Below are positions 23,570-34,121 of a stretch of DNA of 58,470 nucleotides, piece by piece. The stretch spans positions 1 through 58,470 of the forward strand of contig JBOIDL010000002.1 in assembly GCA_050740435.1 (NCBI GenBank), in the 5' to 3' direction. Made by a program: the position numbers and the translations under genes. The stretch's first letter is position 1. Each line of letters starts with the position of its first letter. A model generated the notes under the pieces. That model ran no database searches. It was given only the letters and a program-made list of their open reading frames with translations, and was not told where the DNA came from. This stretch comes from Gammaproteobacteria bacterium. GTDB lineage: Bacteria > Pseudomonadota > Gammaproteobacteria > JACCXJ01.

Positions 23570-24574
23570 ATGGAAATAGATGGAGCAAGCATTTTGGTTA
23601 CCGGCGGTTGCGGACTTATCGGTGCAACCACCATTGATCTCTTACTGCAGAAACATTCGCCAGCGCGCATCGTTATTCTTGATAACTTGGCTCGGGGCAC
23701 GATAGCCAACGTCGAGCGGGCATTGAAGGATCACCGCGTATCGCTGGTCCGCGGTGACATCCGTGACGTCGATCTGGTGCACAAAGTGACCCGAGGCGTG
23801 GACGCCGTCATACACATGGCTGCACTGCGAATTACCGCGTGCGCGGCGCAGCCGAGGGAGGCATTGGGTGTCATGTGCGATGGGAGCTTCAACGTGTTGG
23901 AAGCCGCGCATGCCGCGAAGGTAAAAAAGGTGGTGGCCGCCTCTTCAGCATCCGTTTACGGCCCAGCCGACAGTTTCCCAACGTGCGAGGACCATCACCC
24001 CTATAAAAACCGCACGTGGTACGGTGCGAGCAAGATCATGCTCGAGGGATTACTGCGGTCGTTCAACGATATGTATGGTCTACCGTATGTGGCGCTCCGC
24101 TACTTCAACGTATATGGCCCGCGTATGGACATTCACGGCAAGTACACCGAGGTACTGGTTCGATGGATGGAGCGAATCGCGTCGGGTCAGCCGCCGCTTG
24201 TTCTCGGCGACGGAAGAGCAACAATGGATTTTGTCTATATCGAGGATGTGGCTCGCTCTAATATCCTGGCCTTGCAATCTGACGTCACTGATGATGTGTT
24301 CAACGTCGCTAGCGGCACCGAGACCAGCCTAGACGGTTTGGCGGCGGTCCTGCTTAGAGTGATGGGGTCAGATCTCGAGGCTAAGTACGGCCCGGAACGT
24401 AATGTTAATCCTGTGTCGCGTCGCCTTGCCGATACGAACAAGGCGACGCGCCTGCTAGGCTTCAAGGCCCAGGTCGGTCTAGAGGAGGGTCTCCGTCGTC
24501 TTGTCGCATGGTGGCAGAACGAGCGCGTCCGAAGTAAGGGATATAGGCAGGAGTCAACTAGTAAGACGGCTTGA
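23570..24574 (+). CDS. NAD-dependent epimerase/dehydratase (extended SDR)
   Basis: ILVTGGCGLIGATTIDLLL (Rossmann G-x-x-G-x-x-G), a YGASK catalytic Y-x-x-x-K, and ALRYFNVYGPRM. Confidence 0.85.
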   Translation: MEIDGASILVTGGCGLIGATTIDLLLQKHSPARIVILDNLARGTIANVERALKDHRVSLVRGDIRDVDLVHKVTRGVDAVIHMAALRITACAAQPREALGVMCDGSFNVLEAAHAAKVKKVVAASSASVYGPADSFPTCEDHHPYKNRTWYGASKIMLEGLLRSFNDMYGLPYVALRYFNVYGPRMDIHGKYTEVLVRWMERIASGQPPLVLGDGRATMDFVYIEDVARSNILALQSDVTDDVFNVASGTETSLDGLAAVLLRVMGSDLEAKYGPERNVNPVSRRLADTNKATRLLGFKAQVGLEEGLRRLVAWWQNERVRSKGYRQESTSKTA

Positions 24575-24670
24575 TTTATTCCTGACGATGCAACGCTCTG
24601 GACTATACGGCGCTCGACGAGATTTCTAATTTTGTTGTCGCCAAGTATGGTGGCCAATCGGGATTGATAG

Positions 24671-25855
24671 ATGATACCAATAGCCAAACCGACAATCGGT
24701 AACGAGGAGGTCGAAGCCGCGACCAAAGTCCTGCGATCTGGCTGGGTTAGCCAGGGGTCTTGCGTCGCGAAATTTGAGCAGGCGTTTAAGGCCTACGTCG
24801 AAGCAAAATATGCCTGCGCCGTTTCAAGCTGCACTACTGCCTTACATTTGGCTCTGCTGGCGTTGGGTATTCGCCCCGGCGATGAAGTGATCACCGTTAG
24901 CCACTCTTTTATCGCCACTGCGAATAGCATTCGATACTGTGGCGCGACGCCGGTGTTCGTGGACATCTGCAAAGACACGTTCAATATCGATCCGGCCCTC
25001 ATCGAGGCTGCTATTTCGGAGCGCACCAAAGCCATTTTGTGCGTACACCAGCTCGGTATGCCGTGCGATATACGGCGGATTGTGGAGATCGCGTCGCGTT
25101 ACGGTGTACCGGTGGTTGAGGACGCGGCCTGCGCCATTGGCAGCGAAATCCGTATCAGAGACAGCTGGGAGCGGATAGGCAAGCCACATGGGGACATCGC
25201 GTGTTTTTCCTTTCACCCGCGTAAGGTCATTTCGACCGGCGAGGGCGGAATGCTCACCACTAACAACGCCGATTGGGATCACCGCTTTAGGCTCTTACGG
25301 CAGCACTGCATGAGCGTCCCGGATACCACGCGGCATAATTCTTCTGAGGTGATTGTTGAGGCCTACCCTGACCTCGGTTTTAATTTCCGGATGACTGATA
25401 TTCAGGCAGCGATTGGCTGTGAGCAGTTGAGACGTTTACCTAAGATTATCAATAGGCGTCGGGAGCTGGCTTCCCGTTACAGATCCCTCCTCTCCGAGAT
25501 ACTAGGAATGGGTTTACCAGCCGAGCCGGATTGGGCGCGAAGCACTTGGCAAAGCTTTTGTGTTCGTCTCCCGGAGGAATCGAATCAGCGGCAAGTGATG
25601 CAGTCGATGTTAGATGCCGGTGTGGCGACCCGCCGTGGGGTGATGTGTTCGCACCGAGAAGTTGCCTATCCACCCGGTAGCTGGTCTTGTAGCGGTAAGT
25701 CGAAACATTGTGACTGCCCTGGAGGATCCTGTCAGCGACTGCGGCACAGCGAAGAATCGCAGGACGCAAGCATCATCTTGCCCTTGTTCCCAGGAATGAG
25801 CCTTGAACAGCAGGATCGAGTAGTGCAAGCGTTGCGTGACGCCTTGCGTGCATGA
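24671..25855 (+). CDS. DegT/DnrJ/EryC1/StrS-family sugar aminotransferase (second copy)
   Basis: MIPIAKPTIGNEEVEA...SSCTTALHLALLALG...FSFHPRKVISTGEGGM...NFRMTDIQAAIG. The C-terminal region carries a Cys-rich stretch, CSGKSKHCDCPGGSC. Confidence 0.9.
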   Translation: MIPIAKPTIGNEEVEAATKVLRSGWVSQGSCVAKFEQAFKAYVEAKYACAVSSCTTALHLALLALGIRPGDEVITVSHSFIATANSIRYCGATPVFVDICKDTFNIDPALIEAAISERTKAILCVHQLGMPCDIRRIVEIASRYGVPVVEDAACAIGSEIRIRDSWERIGKPHGDIACFSFHPRKVISTGEGGMLTTNNADWDHRFRLLRQHCMSVPDTTRHNSSEVIVEAYPDLGFNFRMTDIQAAIGCEQLRRLPKIINRRRELASRYRSLLSEILGMGLPAEPDWARSTWQSFCVRLPEESNQRQVMQSMLDAGVATRRGVMCSHREVAYPPGSWSCSGKSKHCDCPGGSCQRLRHSEESQDASIILPLFPGMSLEQQDRVVQALRDALRA

Positions 25856-25924
25856 AAACCAAACCATTGGTACATTCCATGCCTTCAACTGGATTGAACA
25901 ACATTGCCGGCCTAAGGAATTGCA

Positions 25925-27127
25925 ATGAGATCCGAATCCAAGGACTTCTCGACTGTTCAGTTTTCGGATTTGACACGCACTTCCAGCCCCGCCGGTGACG
26001 CCGTAGCGACCATGGGTGCCCAACCTTTCGATAACCTTACTATGACGCATCGTAGTGATAACAGGATAAGCTCCTTGCAGACCAAGCTGCTTCCTAAGCC
26101 TTACTTCCTGAAGCATTTGAGAATTGAGAAGCGCCGGGCAGAGCGCTCAAAGGCCCCTTTAACTATTGCGCTTATCAACTTTGAGAACAAGGCGAGTGAT
26201 GAGCTGAATAACTATGAGAAATTTATAACCCCGCTTTCGGAATACCTACGGGAGACCGACATCATTGGATACGTCGATCACAATGTCATCGGCGTGATTT
26301 TTCCAGATACGACCGAGAAGGGGGCGGAACAATGTGTTAGCAAGCTCATTAACGGACATGAAAAGCCTCCTTTCTCAATCGTCACCGCGACTTTTCCTGA
26401 TCAGATCTTTCATGGGTTCTCAGCAGAACAACAGGATCCAAAAACGCTTTCTCCTTTCTTTCTTGAGGATTCTACAGAATCGATCCCGCTTCGGTACCTA
26501 TTGAAACGAGGCGTTGACATCGTAGGTTCTCTGCTTGCTATACTGATATTGTCACCAGTAATATTAATTACAGCATTGCTTATTACAACGACTTCTCCAG
26601 GACCCATTTTCTTCCAGCAAATCCGTTTGGGTAGAAAGGGAGTTCCTTTTACCTTTTACAAATTTCGATCCATGCATTCCAGCAGGGATGACAGAATCCA
26701 CCGAGACTACATCACAAAGTTTATCAACGGCAAGCTTGAAGAGATCAATCAGGGGGACATGACGAAACCGTTGTACAAGATAAAATCTGACCCACGGGTT
26801 ACCCGGATTGGTAGAATCATTCGCAAGACAAGCATTGATGAGCTTCCACAGCTTTTCAATGTGCTAAGGGGAGACATGAGCCTGGTCGGACCGCGGCCAC
26901 CCCTCCCTTACGAAGCTGAGCAATACCAATCATGGCATCTCAGGAGAATTCTAGAGATAAAGCCCGGTATCACCGGTCTTTGGCAGGTGGAGGGGCGAAG
27001 TACGACGTCCTTTGATGACATGGTGAGGCTCGATCTTCGATATATTCGAAGCTGCTCGTTTATGCTTGACGTAAAAATCCTAATCAAGACAGTTAAGGTG
27101 GTGATCCAGTCCATCGGCGCCCATTAA
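25925..27127 (+). CDS. initiating polyprenyl-phosphate sugar-phosphate transferase (Bac_transf/PglC-type) with an N-terminal degenerate GGDEF-like domain
   Basis: ATG at 25925 with AAGGA upstream. The C-terminal half has classic motifs: [65 protein letters not shown] and [10 protein letters not shown]-terminal aa ~55-160 align to a GGDEF fold (see findings). Confidence 0.85.
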   Translation: MRSESKDFSTVQFSDLTRTSSPAGDAVATMGAQPFDNLTMTHRSDNRISSLQTKLLPKPYFLKHLRIEKRRAERSKAPLTIALINFENKASDELNNYEKFITPLSEYLRETDIIGYVDHNVIGVIFPDTTEKGAEQCVSKLINGHEKPPFSIVTATFPDQIFHGFSAEQQDPKTLSPFFLEDSTESIPLRYLLKRGVDIVGSLLAILILSPVILITALLITTTSPGPIFFQQIRLGRKGVPFTFYKFRSMHSSRDDRIHRDYITKFINGKLEEINQGDMTKPLYKIKSDPRVTRIGRIIRKTSIDELPQLFNVLRGDMSLVGPRPPLPYEAEQYQSWHLRRILEIKPGITGLWQVEGRSTTSFDDMVRLDLRYIRSCSFMLDVKILIKTVKVVIQSIGAH

Positions 27128-27174
27128 TGCCCAACGCAAGACCGGTTTTTCCTTGTGAAAGCGAGCGGGCATAG

Positions 27175-28065
27175 ATGAACGGACATCGAAAGGGAATCGT
27201 CCTCGCTGGAGGATCGGGCACCCGGCTCTATCCGCTGACGTATGCAGTCAGCAAGCAGCTCATGCCGATCTACGACAAGCCGATGGTATATTATCCGCTA
27301 TCGACCCTGATGCTCGCGGGTATCCGTCAAGTCTTGATCATTTCGACACCGCGCGACCTGCCGGCTTATGCCCATCTACTCGGCGATGGCAGCCAGTGGG
27401 GCATGAGCTTTTCCTATGCAGAACAGCCCTCGCCCGATGGGCTGGCCCAGGCCTTCATCATCGGCCGGCATTTCATCGGCGGCGATCCCTGTGCGCTAAT
27501 CTTGGGGGACAATATCTTCTACGGCCATGATCTCACCGAGACCTTGCGCCAGGCCAGCGATCGCCTAGCCGGAGGCACGATCTTCGCCTATCGAGTGCAA
27601 AACCCAAAGGCCTACGGGGTGGTGGAGTTCGACGAGCGGGGCTGTGCGGTGGGACTGGATGAGAAACCAGCCAATCCACGCTCGAATTACGCCGTCACCG
27701 GGCTCTATTTTTACGATAATGCGGTCATCGACATCGCGCGCGAGCTTAGGCCCTCAGCGCGCGGGGAGCTTGAGATCACCGATGTGAACGCGCGTTACTT
27801 GGAACGCGGCAAGTTGCAGGTCGAGATCCTTGGGCGCGGGACAGCGTGGTTGGATACCGGGACGCATGAGAGCCTGCTTACCGCGGCGCAGTTCATCGAG
27901 ACGATCGAGCAGCGTCAAGGGCTCAAGATCGCGTGCCCAGAAGAGATCGCTTACCGCCTCAATTACATTAATGCTGGGCAGCTGAGGCGGCTCGCGGAAC
28001 CGCTACGCAACAGCGGTTACGGCCAGTATCTTGTGCAAGTGCTGGACGAGAGCGCGCTGTCATGA
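27175..28065 (+). CDS. rmlA: glucose-1-phosphate thymidylyltransferase
   Basis: [17 protein letters not shown]...[25 protein letters not shown]...[12 protein letters not shown]... These are canonical RmlA motifs. Confidence 0.95.
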   Translation: MNGHRKGIVLAGGSGTRLYPLTYAVSKQLMPIYDKPMVYYPLSTLMLAGIRQVLIISTPRDLPAYAHLLGDGSQWGMSFSYAEQPSPDGLAQAFIIGRHFIGGDPCALILGDNIFYGHDLTETLRQASDRLAGGTIFAYRVQNPKAYGVVEFDERGCAVGLDEKPANPRSNYAVTGLYFYDNAVIDIARELRPSARGELEITDVNARYLERGKLQVEILGRGTAWLDTGTHESLLTAAQFIETIEQRQGLKIACPEEIAYRLNYINAGQLRRLAEPLRNSGYGQYLVQVLDESALS

Positions 28066-28610
28066 AATTCGGGCCTACACGCATACCCGATGTCGTCATC
28101 ATCGAGCCCGAGGTCTCCGGCGATCACCGGGGATTCTTCATGGAGACCTGGCACGCACGGAAATTCGCCGAGCACGCAATCGAGGTGAATTTCGTCCAGG
28201 ATAATCACAGTAAGTCGGTACAAGGCACGCTGCGCGGGCTTCATTATCAGATCCAACAGACACAGGGCAAGCTGGTTCGCGTTATCGCCGGTGAGATCTA
28301 CGATGTCGTCGTTGATCTGCGTAAGCGTTCCCCGACGTTCGGGCAATGGGTGGGGGAATGGCTCTCGGCTGACAATAAAAAAATGCTATGGGCACCGGCC
28401 GGATTCGCCCACGGCTTTTATGTGACGAGCACTAGCGCCGAGGTATTCTATAAGTGTACCGATTTCTACGCACCGCAGTACGAGCGGTGCTTACGCTGGG
28501 ATGATTCTGAATTGGGTGTTGCTTGGCCGCTAATCGGTATCGGGTTGCCGCACCTCTCGGCAAAGGATGCAGCGGGACTATTGTTTAAAGACGCCGAGTG
28601 TTTCCCGTGA
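28062..28610 (+). CDS. rmlC: dTDP-4-dehydrorhamnose 3,5-epimerase
   Basis: [11 protein letters not shown]...[16 protein letters not shown]...[18 protein letters not shown]. Its start overlaps the rmlA stop in an ATGA. Confidence 0.95.
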   Translation: MKFGPTRIPDVVIIEPEVSGDHRGFFMETWHARKFAEHAIEVNFVQDNHSKSVQGTLRGLHYQIQQTQGKLVRVIAGEIYDVVVDLRKRSPTFGQWVGEWLSADNKKMLWAPAGFAHGFYVTSTSAEVFYKCTDFYAPQYERCLRWDDSELGVAWPLIGIGLPHLSAKDAAGLLFKDAECFP

Positions 28611-29482
28611 AGGTCCTCATCACTGGCGGGGGCGGGCAATTAACCTGGGAGCTTGTGAGGACCGCTCCGCCGCAGTGGCAGGTTATCGCCTTAACGAGAG
28701 TGGAGCTTGACGTTTGCGACCCGGACGCGATGCGTCATACGGTACGTTCCATCAGTCCCAACGTCATTATCAACGCCGCCGCGTATACCGCGGTGGATAA
28801 GGCCGAACAAGAATCGGAGCGGGCCTATGCCGTGAATTCCACCGGCGCCGCTCATGTGGCAACGGCAGCCGGGGCAGCGCGTGCCCGGCTCATACAAATC
28901 TCTACGGATTTCGTGTTCGATGGTCACGGCTCCGCGCCGTACAAGCCGAATGATCCGCCAAACCCCATTGGGGTGTACGGGGCGAGTAAACTCAGTGGCG
29001 AGCGAGCGGTGATGGAAATCTGCAATGGGCAAGCAGTGATCCTGCGCACTGCATGGGTTTACTCGAGTCATGGCGCCAACTTCGTCAAGACGATGCTGCG
29101 GTTGATGCGCGAGCGCGACGAGATTAGGGTCGTCGCGGACCAGATCGGAGCACCGACCTGGGCGAGAGGGTTGGCCGAGTGTATCTGGGCTATAGCGAGT
29201 AAGCCAGAGATTACGGGCCTACATCATTGGACCGATGCGGGTGTGGCTAGCTGGTACGATTTTGCCGTAGCGATCCAGGAAGAGGGAGGGCTATTGGGCC
29301 TATTATCGCGTGCTATCCCGGTCATACCGATCGCCGCAGACGAGTATCCCACGGCCGCGCGCCGTCCTGCCTATAGTGTGCTGGATACCGCCTCGACGCG
29401 GAAACTCTTAGGCGCGATTCCGTCGCACTGGCGCGCCTCATTGAGGAAGATGCTGGGGGATCTTAACGAGTGCAAGGACTGA
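28598..29482 (+). CDS. rmlD: dTDP-4-dehydrorhamnose reductase
   Basis: VLITGGGGQL...INAAAYTAVDKAE....A..VN...YGASKLSGE...RTAWVY. GTG start, overlapping the end of rmlC. Confidence 0.9.
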   Translation: MFPVKVLITGGGGQLTWELVRTAPPQWQVIALTRVELDVCDPDAMRHTVRSISPNVIINAAAYTAVDKAEQESERAYAVNSTGAAHVATAAGAARARLIQISTDFVFDGHGSAPYKPNDPPNPIGVYGASKLSGERAVMEICNGQAVILRTAWVYSSHGANFVKTMLRLMRERDEIRVVADQIGAPTWARGLAECIWAIASKPEITGLHHWTDAGVASWYDFAVAIQEEGGLLGLLSRAIPVIPIAADEYPTAARRPAYSVLDTASTRKLLGAIPSHWRASLRKMLGDLNECKD

Positions 29483-29723
29483 GAGCTTGTGAAAGAATCT
29501 GCTGCGCTCGGGATCTCGCGTTCCGGCGGTGCTCGGAATCCTCATGTGTTTCAATATACACTCCGGTTCCTGTGCTCCGGCGGAACGCGACTTCCCTTCG
29601 CTCGCGACGATTTTTTCACACGCTCTGAGATGAAGGAAGCTCGGCCATTGGCTGCCTTAGCCTGCCCCTTAACGTGAGAGCAACCCTCTGCCGAACTCTC
29701 GTTGGGGTGCGCGTGATTAAACC

Positions 29724-30869
29724 ATGAACAATCGTAGACTGTTAATCACCGGTGGCGCGGGTTTCATCGGCGCGAATTTCGTCCACTACTGGATAAAGCG
29801 CTACCCAGAAGACCGCATTATCGTTCTCGATGCCCTGACCTACGCGGGCAATCTTGAGAGCCTGAAACCCATCGCCTCGAACCATAATTACGAATTCGTG
29901 CGCGGCGACATCGGTGACCAGGCCCTGGTCGAGCGTCTGCTACGCGAAGCGCGTATCGATACTATCGTGCATTTCGCCGCCGAGTCGCATGTCGATCGCT
30001 CGATCCTCGGCCCCGATGCATTTATCGAAACCAACATCGTTGGAACTCATACCCTCTTGAAAGCGGCCAAGGGAGTTTGGTTAGACGGCGTTAGCAGACA
30101 GGTACGGCATCGCTTTCATCACGTGTCCACAGATGAGGTCTATGGCTCTTTGTCTGCAACTGCGCCCGCGTTCAAGGAGACGACTCCCTATGATCCGAGC
30201 TCCCCTTATTCGGCCAGCAAGGCCGCTTCGGATCACCTGGTCCGCGCCTATCACCGAACTTATGGTCTTGAAGTCACTATTAGCAACTGCTCGAATAACT
30301 ATGGGCCCTATCATTTCCCAGAGAAACTCGTCCCGCTGACCATCATCAATGTCCTTGACGGCCAACCGATCTGCGTATACGGCGATGGCATGAACGTACG
30401 CGACTGGCTGTACGTCGAGGACCATTGCCGGGGAATCGAATGCATATTGGAGCGGGGTGTAGTTGGGGAAACCTATAACATAGGCGGGCAGAACGAGGGA
30501 ACGAATATTGCTTCGGTAAGCGCAATATGCCGTTTATTGGACGAGGCCTTTGTCCGCGACGGCAGCTTGCACCAACGTTTCCCCGACTCGCCGGCGGGCA
30601 AGGGCACTGGCGCGCAGTCATTGATCAAGTTTGTCAAAGACCGTCCGGGCCATGACCGCCGCTATGCGATCAATGCGGAAAGGATCCAGAAGCAGCTCGG
30701 CTTCCAGCCGCAAGAGGCCTTTGAGACCGGGCTCAAGAAGACCGTCGACTGGTATCTTTGCAATGAGGCGTGGTGGCGAGGCGTGATGGATGGCAGTTAT
30801 CATGGCTGGATTGAAACGCAGTATATAAACGGGATGCGTGGTGACCAAATGTTCCTAGGACCTAACTGA
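29724..30869 (+). CDS. rmlB: dTDP-glucose 4,6-dehydratase
   Basis: LLITGGAGFIGANFV...HFAAESHVDRSI...HVSTDEVYG...YSASKAASDHLVRAY...NCSNNYGPYHFPEKL. These are canonical RmlB motifs. Confidence 0.95.
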   Translation: MNNRRLLITGGAGFIGANFVHYWIKRYPEDRIIVLDALTYAGNLESLKPIASNHNYEFVRGDIGDQALVERLLREARIDTIVHFAAESHVDRSILGPDAFIETNIVGTHTLLKAAKGVWLDGVSRQVRHRFHHVSTDEVYGSLSATAPAFKETTPYDPSSPYSASKAASDHLVRAYHRTYGLEVTISNCSNNYGPYHFPEKLVPLTIINVLDGQPICVYGDGMNVRDWLYVEDHCRGIECILERGVVGETYNIGGQNEGTNIASVSAICRLLDEAFVRDGSLHQRFPDSPAGKGTGAQSLIKFVKDRPGHDRRYAINAERIQKQLGFQPQEAFETGLKKTVDWYLCNEAWWRGVMDGSYHGWIETQYINGMRGDQMFLGPN

Positions 30870-30873
30870 ATCG

Positions 30874-32493
30874 ATGCGTGCGGCTGTGGAGCTACGGCAT
30901 GTGGAAAGCAACGGAAGCGCGGGAGTAACGCCGGCTAACGCGGCCAATGCTGTTTCGGCTCTCTCGCTACAAGATATGCCTCAACCGGCAGAGGTGGCCA
31001 CGGCTGAGAGCCATACTTACGGCCAGATTCTGAAGTCCTCGGCGGTGTTCGGTGGCTCGTCGCTGCTAACCATCCTTATCGGAATAGTTCGCACCAAGGC
31101 CATGGCGGTATTGCTTGGCCCGTCCGGGGTCGGGCTGCTCGGAATATACGGATCAATTGGCGATCTTGCTTGCAGCATTGCGGGCATGGGCATCAATAGC
31201 AGTGGTGTGCGCCAGATCGCCGCGGCAGTTGGGGCGGGAGATGCAGAAAAGATCGGGCGAACCGCGGCGGTTCTGCTGCGAACTGCGATTCTACTCGGAC
31301 TATTGGGTGCTGTGCTATTGGCTACCTTTTCCGCACAGCTGTCTACCTGGAGTTTTGGCAGTGATCAACACGCCGCCGCTATTGCGCTGCTTTCAGTGGC
31401 CGTATTTTTCCGTTTAGTGTCTGACGGGCAAGGGGCGTTAATACAAGGGATGCGGCGCATCTCCGATCTCGCCAAGATGGGGATATTAGGCGCGGTGTAT
31501 GGGACGCTCATTAGTATCACTTTGGTTTATTTTCTTGGCGAGGCTGGCGTGGCGCCATCCCTCGTCGGCGGTGCCGCAATGGCGGTGGTCACGTCATGGT
31601 GGTATAGCCGAAAGATACGTATTCAGAAGCCGACGATGACGGCGCCTCAGACGGGGCAGGAAGTGGCCGCTCTTTTGAAGCTTGGATTCGCCCTTATGGC
31701 CAGCGGACTGATGATGATGGGGGCCGCTTACGTCGTTAGAATTATTGTCGTTCGTCACGTCGGGTTCGATGCAGCCGGGTTGTATCAGGCTGCTTGGACA
31801 CTTGGCGGACTATACGTTGGGTTCATTCTGCAAGCCATGGGAACGGATTTCTATCCCCGCTTGACCGCCGTCGCCAGTGACAACGCGGAGTGCAATCGCA
31901 TCGTGAATGAACAAGCGCACGTCAGCTTGTTGTTAGCGGGACCGGGCGTGATCACGACCCTTGTATTTGCACCGTTTGTCATCGCCCTTTTTTACACCTC
32001 TCAATTCCATCCAGCGGTGGACGTGCTCCGCTGGTTATGTCTTGGGATGGCGCTACGCATCATATCCTGGCCGATGGGTTTCATTATCTTAGCGAAAGGC
32101 GCGCAAAACTTCTTTTTCTGGAGCGAGCTCGCCTGGACTATTGTTTACCTCGGGCTTGCGTGGGTGTGTGTGAACTCTTACGGTCTGAACGGCAGCGGGA
32201 TTGCCTTTTTCGTATCGTACATATTCCACTGCTTTATGATCTACGCAATTGTACGCCCGCTCAGCGGTTTTCGTTGGTCAGCCGCGAACAAACGAACAGG
32301 CACCCTCTTTCTTTCTTTGATCGCGGTGGTGTTTTGCGGTTTTTATGTGTTACCACCATTAGTGGCAACCGGCGTCGGGGGAGTAGCAGTTTGTTTAAGC
32401 GGTGTGTACTCGATTCGCGTTCTGCTCAGTCTCTTCTCGCCGGACCGCATTCCGCGTCCCGTGCAGCGGCTGCTCGCGCGATTCGGTCGTTAA
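30874..32493 (+). CDS. wzx: polysaccharide flippase (Wzx, PST/MOP family)
   Basis: 539-aa polytopic membrane protein. SSAVFGGSSLLTILIGIVRTKAMAVLLGPSGVGLLG resembles O-antigen translocase N-termini, and hydrophobic helices continue along the whole length. The true start may be the internal ATG near 30976. Confidence 0.8.
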   Translation: MRAAVELRHVESNGSAGVTPANAANAVSALSLQDMPQPAEVATAESHTYGQILKSSAVFGGSSLLTILIGIVRTKAMAVLLGPSGVGLLGIYGSIGDLACSIAGMGINSSGVRQIAAAVGAGDAEKIGRTAAVLLRTAILLGLLGAVLLATFSAQLSTWSFGSDQHAAAIALLSVAVFFRLVSDGQGALIQGMRRISDLAKMGILGAVYGTLISITLVYFLGEAGVAPSLVGGAAMAVVTSWWYSRKIRIQKPTMTAPQTGQEVAALLKLGFALMASGLMMMGAAYVVRIIVVRHVGFDAAGLYQAAWTLGGLYVGFILQAMGTDFYPRLTAVASDNAECNRIVNEQAHVSLLLAGPGVITTLVFAPFVIALFYTSQFHPAVDVLRWLCLGMALRIISWPMGFIILAKGAQNFFFWSELAWTIVYLGLAWVCVNSYGLNGSGIAFFVSYIFHCFMIYAIVRPLSGFRWSAANKRTGTLFLSLIAVVFCGFYVLPPLVATGVGGVAVCLSGVYSIRVLLSLFSPDRIPRPVQRLLARFGR

Positions 32494-32588
32494 AAGACTG
32501 GACGCATGACTAGAACGCCGATCTTGAGGCAATCTTTTAGAACCGTACCACGCCAGGTGACCAGGGCAAAAGCCACAGCATCGCTGGT

Positions 32589-33623
32589 GTGCCAGCCCGG
32601 TTTAGCGCCACGGATGGTGTAAATGTGAGCCGGATAACGACAGAACTAGGCAGAAGAGCATTGATAACGGGCGGTGCAGGACTGATTGGGTCCCCTATTG
32701 CCGACCAACTGGTTGCCGAGGGTGTTGAGGAAATTGTCGTCCTGGATAACTTCACTCGCGGCAGGCGGCAGAATATCGCACCGGCTATGGCCCGCGGCAG
32801 GATCACCATCGTGGAGGGAGATATTCGCGACACGAGTCCGGTGCGGAAGGTCATGGAAGGAATCGACATTGTTTTCCACGAAGCCGCGATCCGGATTACC
32901 CAATGCGCGGAAGACCCGCGGCTGGCGCATGATGTCCTGGCCACGGGTACATTAAATATTCTCGAGGCTGCGGTGGCAGGGAAGCTTAAGCGTGTTGTTG
33001 CGGCCTCCTCGGCTTCCATCTAGGGACAGGCCGAGGAATTTCCGACATACGAAACACATCATGGTTACGACAATAGGACGATCTATGGGGCGATTAAGTT
33101 GTATAGCGAGGGGCTTCTGCGCAGCTTTTACGAGATGTAGGGGTTGAATTATGTGGCGCTGCGCTACTTCAACGTGTACGGCCCCCGGATGGATGCGTTT
33201 GGGGTATACACCGAGGTAATGATTCGCTGGATGGAGTGTTTGGCGAAAGGCCAGCCCTGTTTGATTCTCGGCGAGGGTACGCAGACCATGGACTTTGTGT
33301 TTGTGGACGACGTGGCGAGGGCGAACTTGGCGGCGGCCAAGTCGTGCATAACCGACGATGCCATCAATGGTGCCAGCGGAACCGAGACGAGTCTGAACGA
33401 GCTAGCCGCAACCCTTGGCCGTGTGATGGGCGTGACCCTCGCCCCAGAATACGGTCCTGCCAGGAAAATTAACACTGTCTCGACCCTGCGCAGCGACACC
33501 CGTCGCGATGGTAACTCAAAGTGGAACTGTCAACGGCGACTGGCCTTGGCCCTCGACTGGATCGCCCGCGCCTTACTCACGCGCACCAAATCGACAAGGG
33601 AGCGCATGGATACATGGATATGA
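32589..33623 (+). pseudogene. decayed paralog of the 23570-24574 epimerase/dehydratase (two in-frame TAG stops plus a 3' frameshift)
   Basis: ORFs 32589-33023 and 33144-33623 are in the same frame and align along the intact paralog. SSASI*GQAEEFPT corresponds to SSASVYGPADSFPT (TAG at 33021-33023). FYEM*GLNYVALRYFNVYGPRM corresponds to FNDMYGLPYVALRYFNVYGPRM (TAG at 33138-33140). C-terminal similarity is lost after ...NTVS. Confidence 0.8.
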
Positions 33624-33624
33624 T

Positions 33625-34107
33625 ATGACCAACAAAGCGAAACTCATCTGGATCGACCTCGACAACTCGCCGCACGTCCCGTTCTTTCGCCCGATAATCG
33701 CCGAGCTGCAGGGCAGGGGTTACCCGGTCCTGGTGACGGCGCGAGATGCGTGCAACGTCGCCGGCCTGATCAGACTGCGCCATGTCGAGTGCACGACGAT
33801 TGGGCGTCACTTTGGCAAGAACAAGCTGATGAAGGTGCTCGGCTTGGGTATTCGCGCCGCCCAGTTGCTTCATTTCGTCGCGAAGAACAGGGTCCAGCTT
33901 GCGGTTTCCCGTGGCTCCAGGGCACAGACCTTGGTGGCGAAGCTCATGCGGATTAAAGCCATCCGATTGCTGATCGTTGCGGGTGCGCGTCCCAACTTCA
34001 TGAAGGGAGCATGCACTGAGACACAAGACCGGGGTCGGACAGATCCCGCGCTGTGGGATGGCAGAAGCGCGGAGCGCATCCTGAACGGACCGATGGAAAC
34101 GGCTTGA
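33625..34107 (+). pseudogene. gene remnant: N-terminal ~110 aa of a DUF354-family protein fused to scraps of a WecB-like UDP-GlcNAc 2-epimerase
   Basis: From the ATG at 33625, KLIWIDLDNSPHVPFFRPIIAELQGRGYPVLVTARD...TIGRHFGKNKL... matches the DUF354 N-terminus as I recall it (full length ~340 aa). Next comes LLIVAGARPNFMK (a WecB N-terminal signature), and within ~25 aa WDGRSAERILN (a WecB C-terminal signature). The total is only 160 aa. Confidence 0.5.
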
Positions 34108-34121
34108 GAGGGCACCCAGCG

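Noticed and set aside
29489-29677. A 62-aa ORF and an imperfect 13-nt inverted repeat (CGCGTTCCGGCGG ... CCGGCGGAACGCG) in the 240-nt rmlD-rmlB spacer
   Set aside because: The ORF has no SD or motif support. The inverted repeat has a mismatch and a ~45-nt loop, and I found no second copy in the window that would indicate a repeat family.
33021-33140. Programmed amber readthrough or suppression as the explanation for the two TAG codons at conserved Tyr positions
   Set aside because: The same gene also has a disrupted 3' end, and it sits beside two other truncated genes. TAY-to-TAG is a single-step mutation, so ordinary pseudogenisation is far more likely. The idea is kept only as a remote alternative in the findings.
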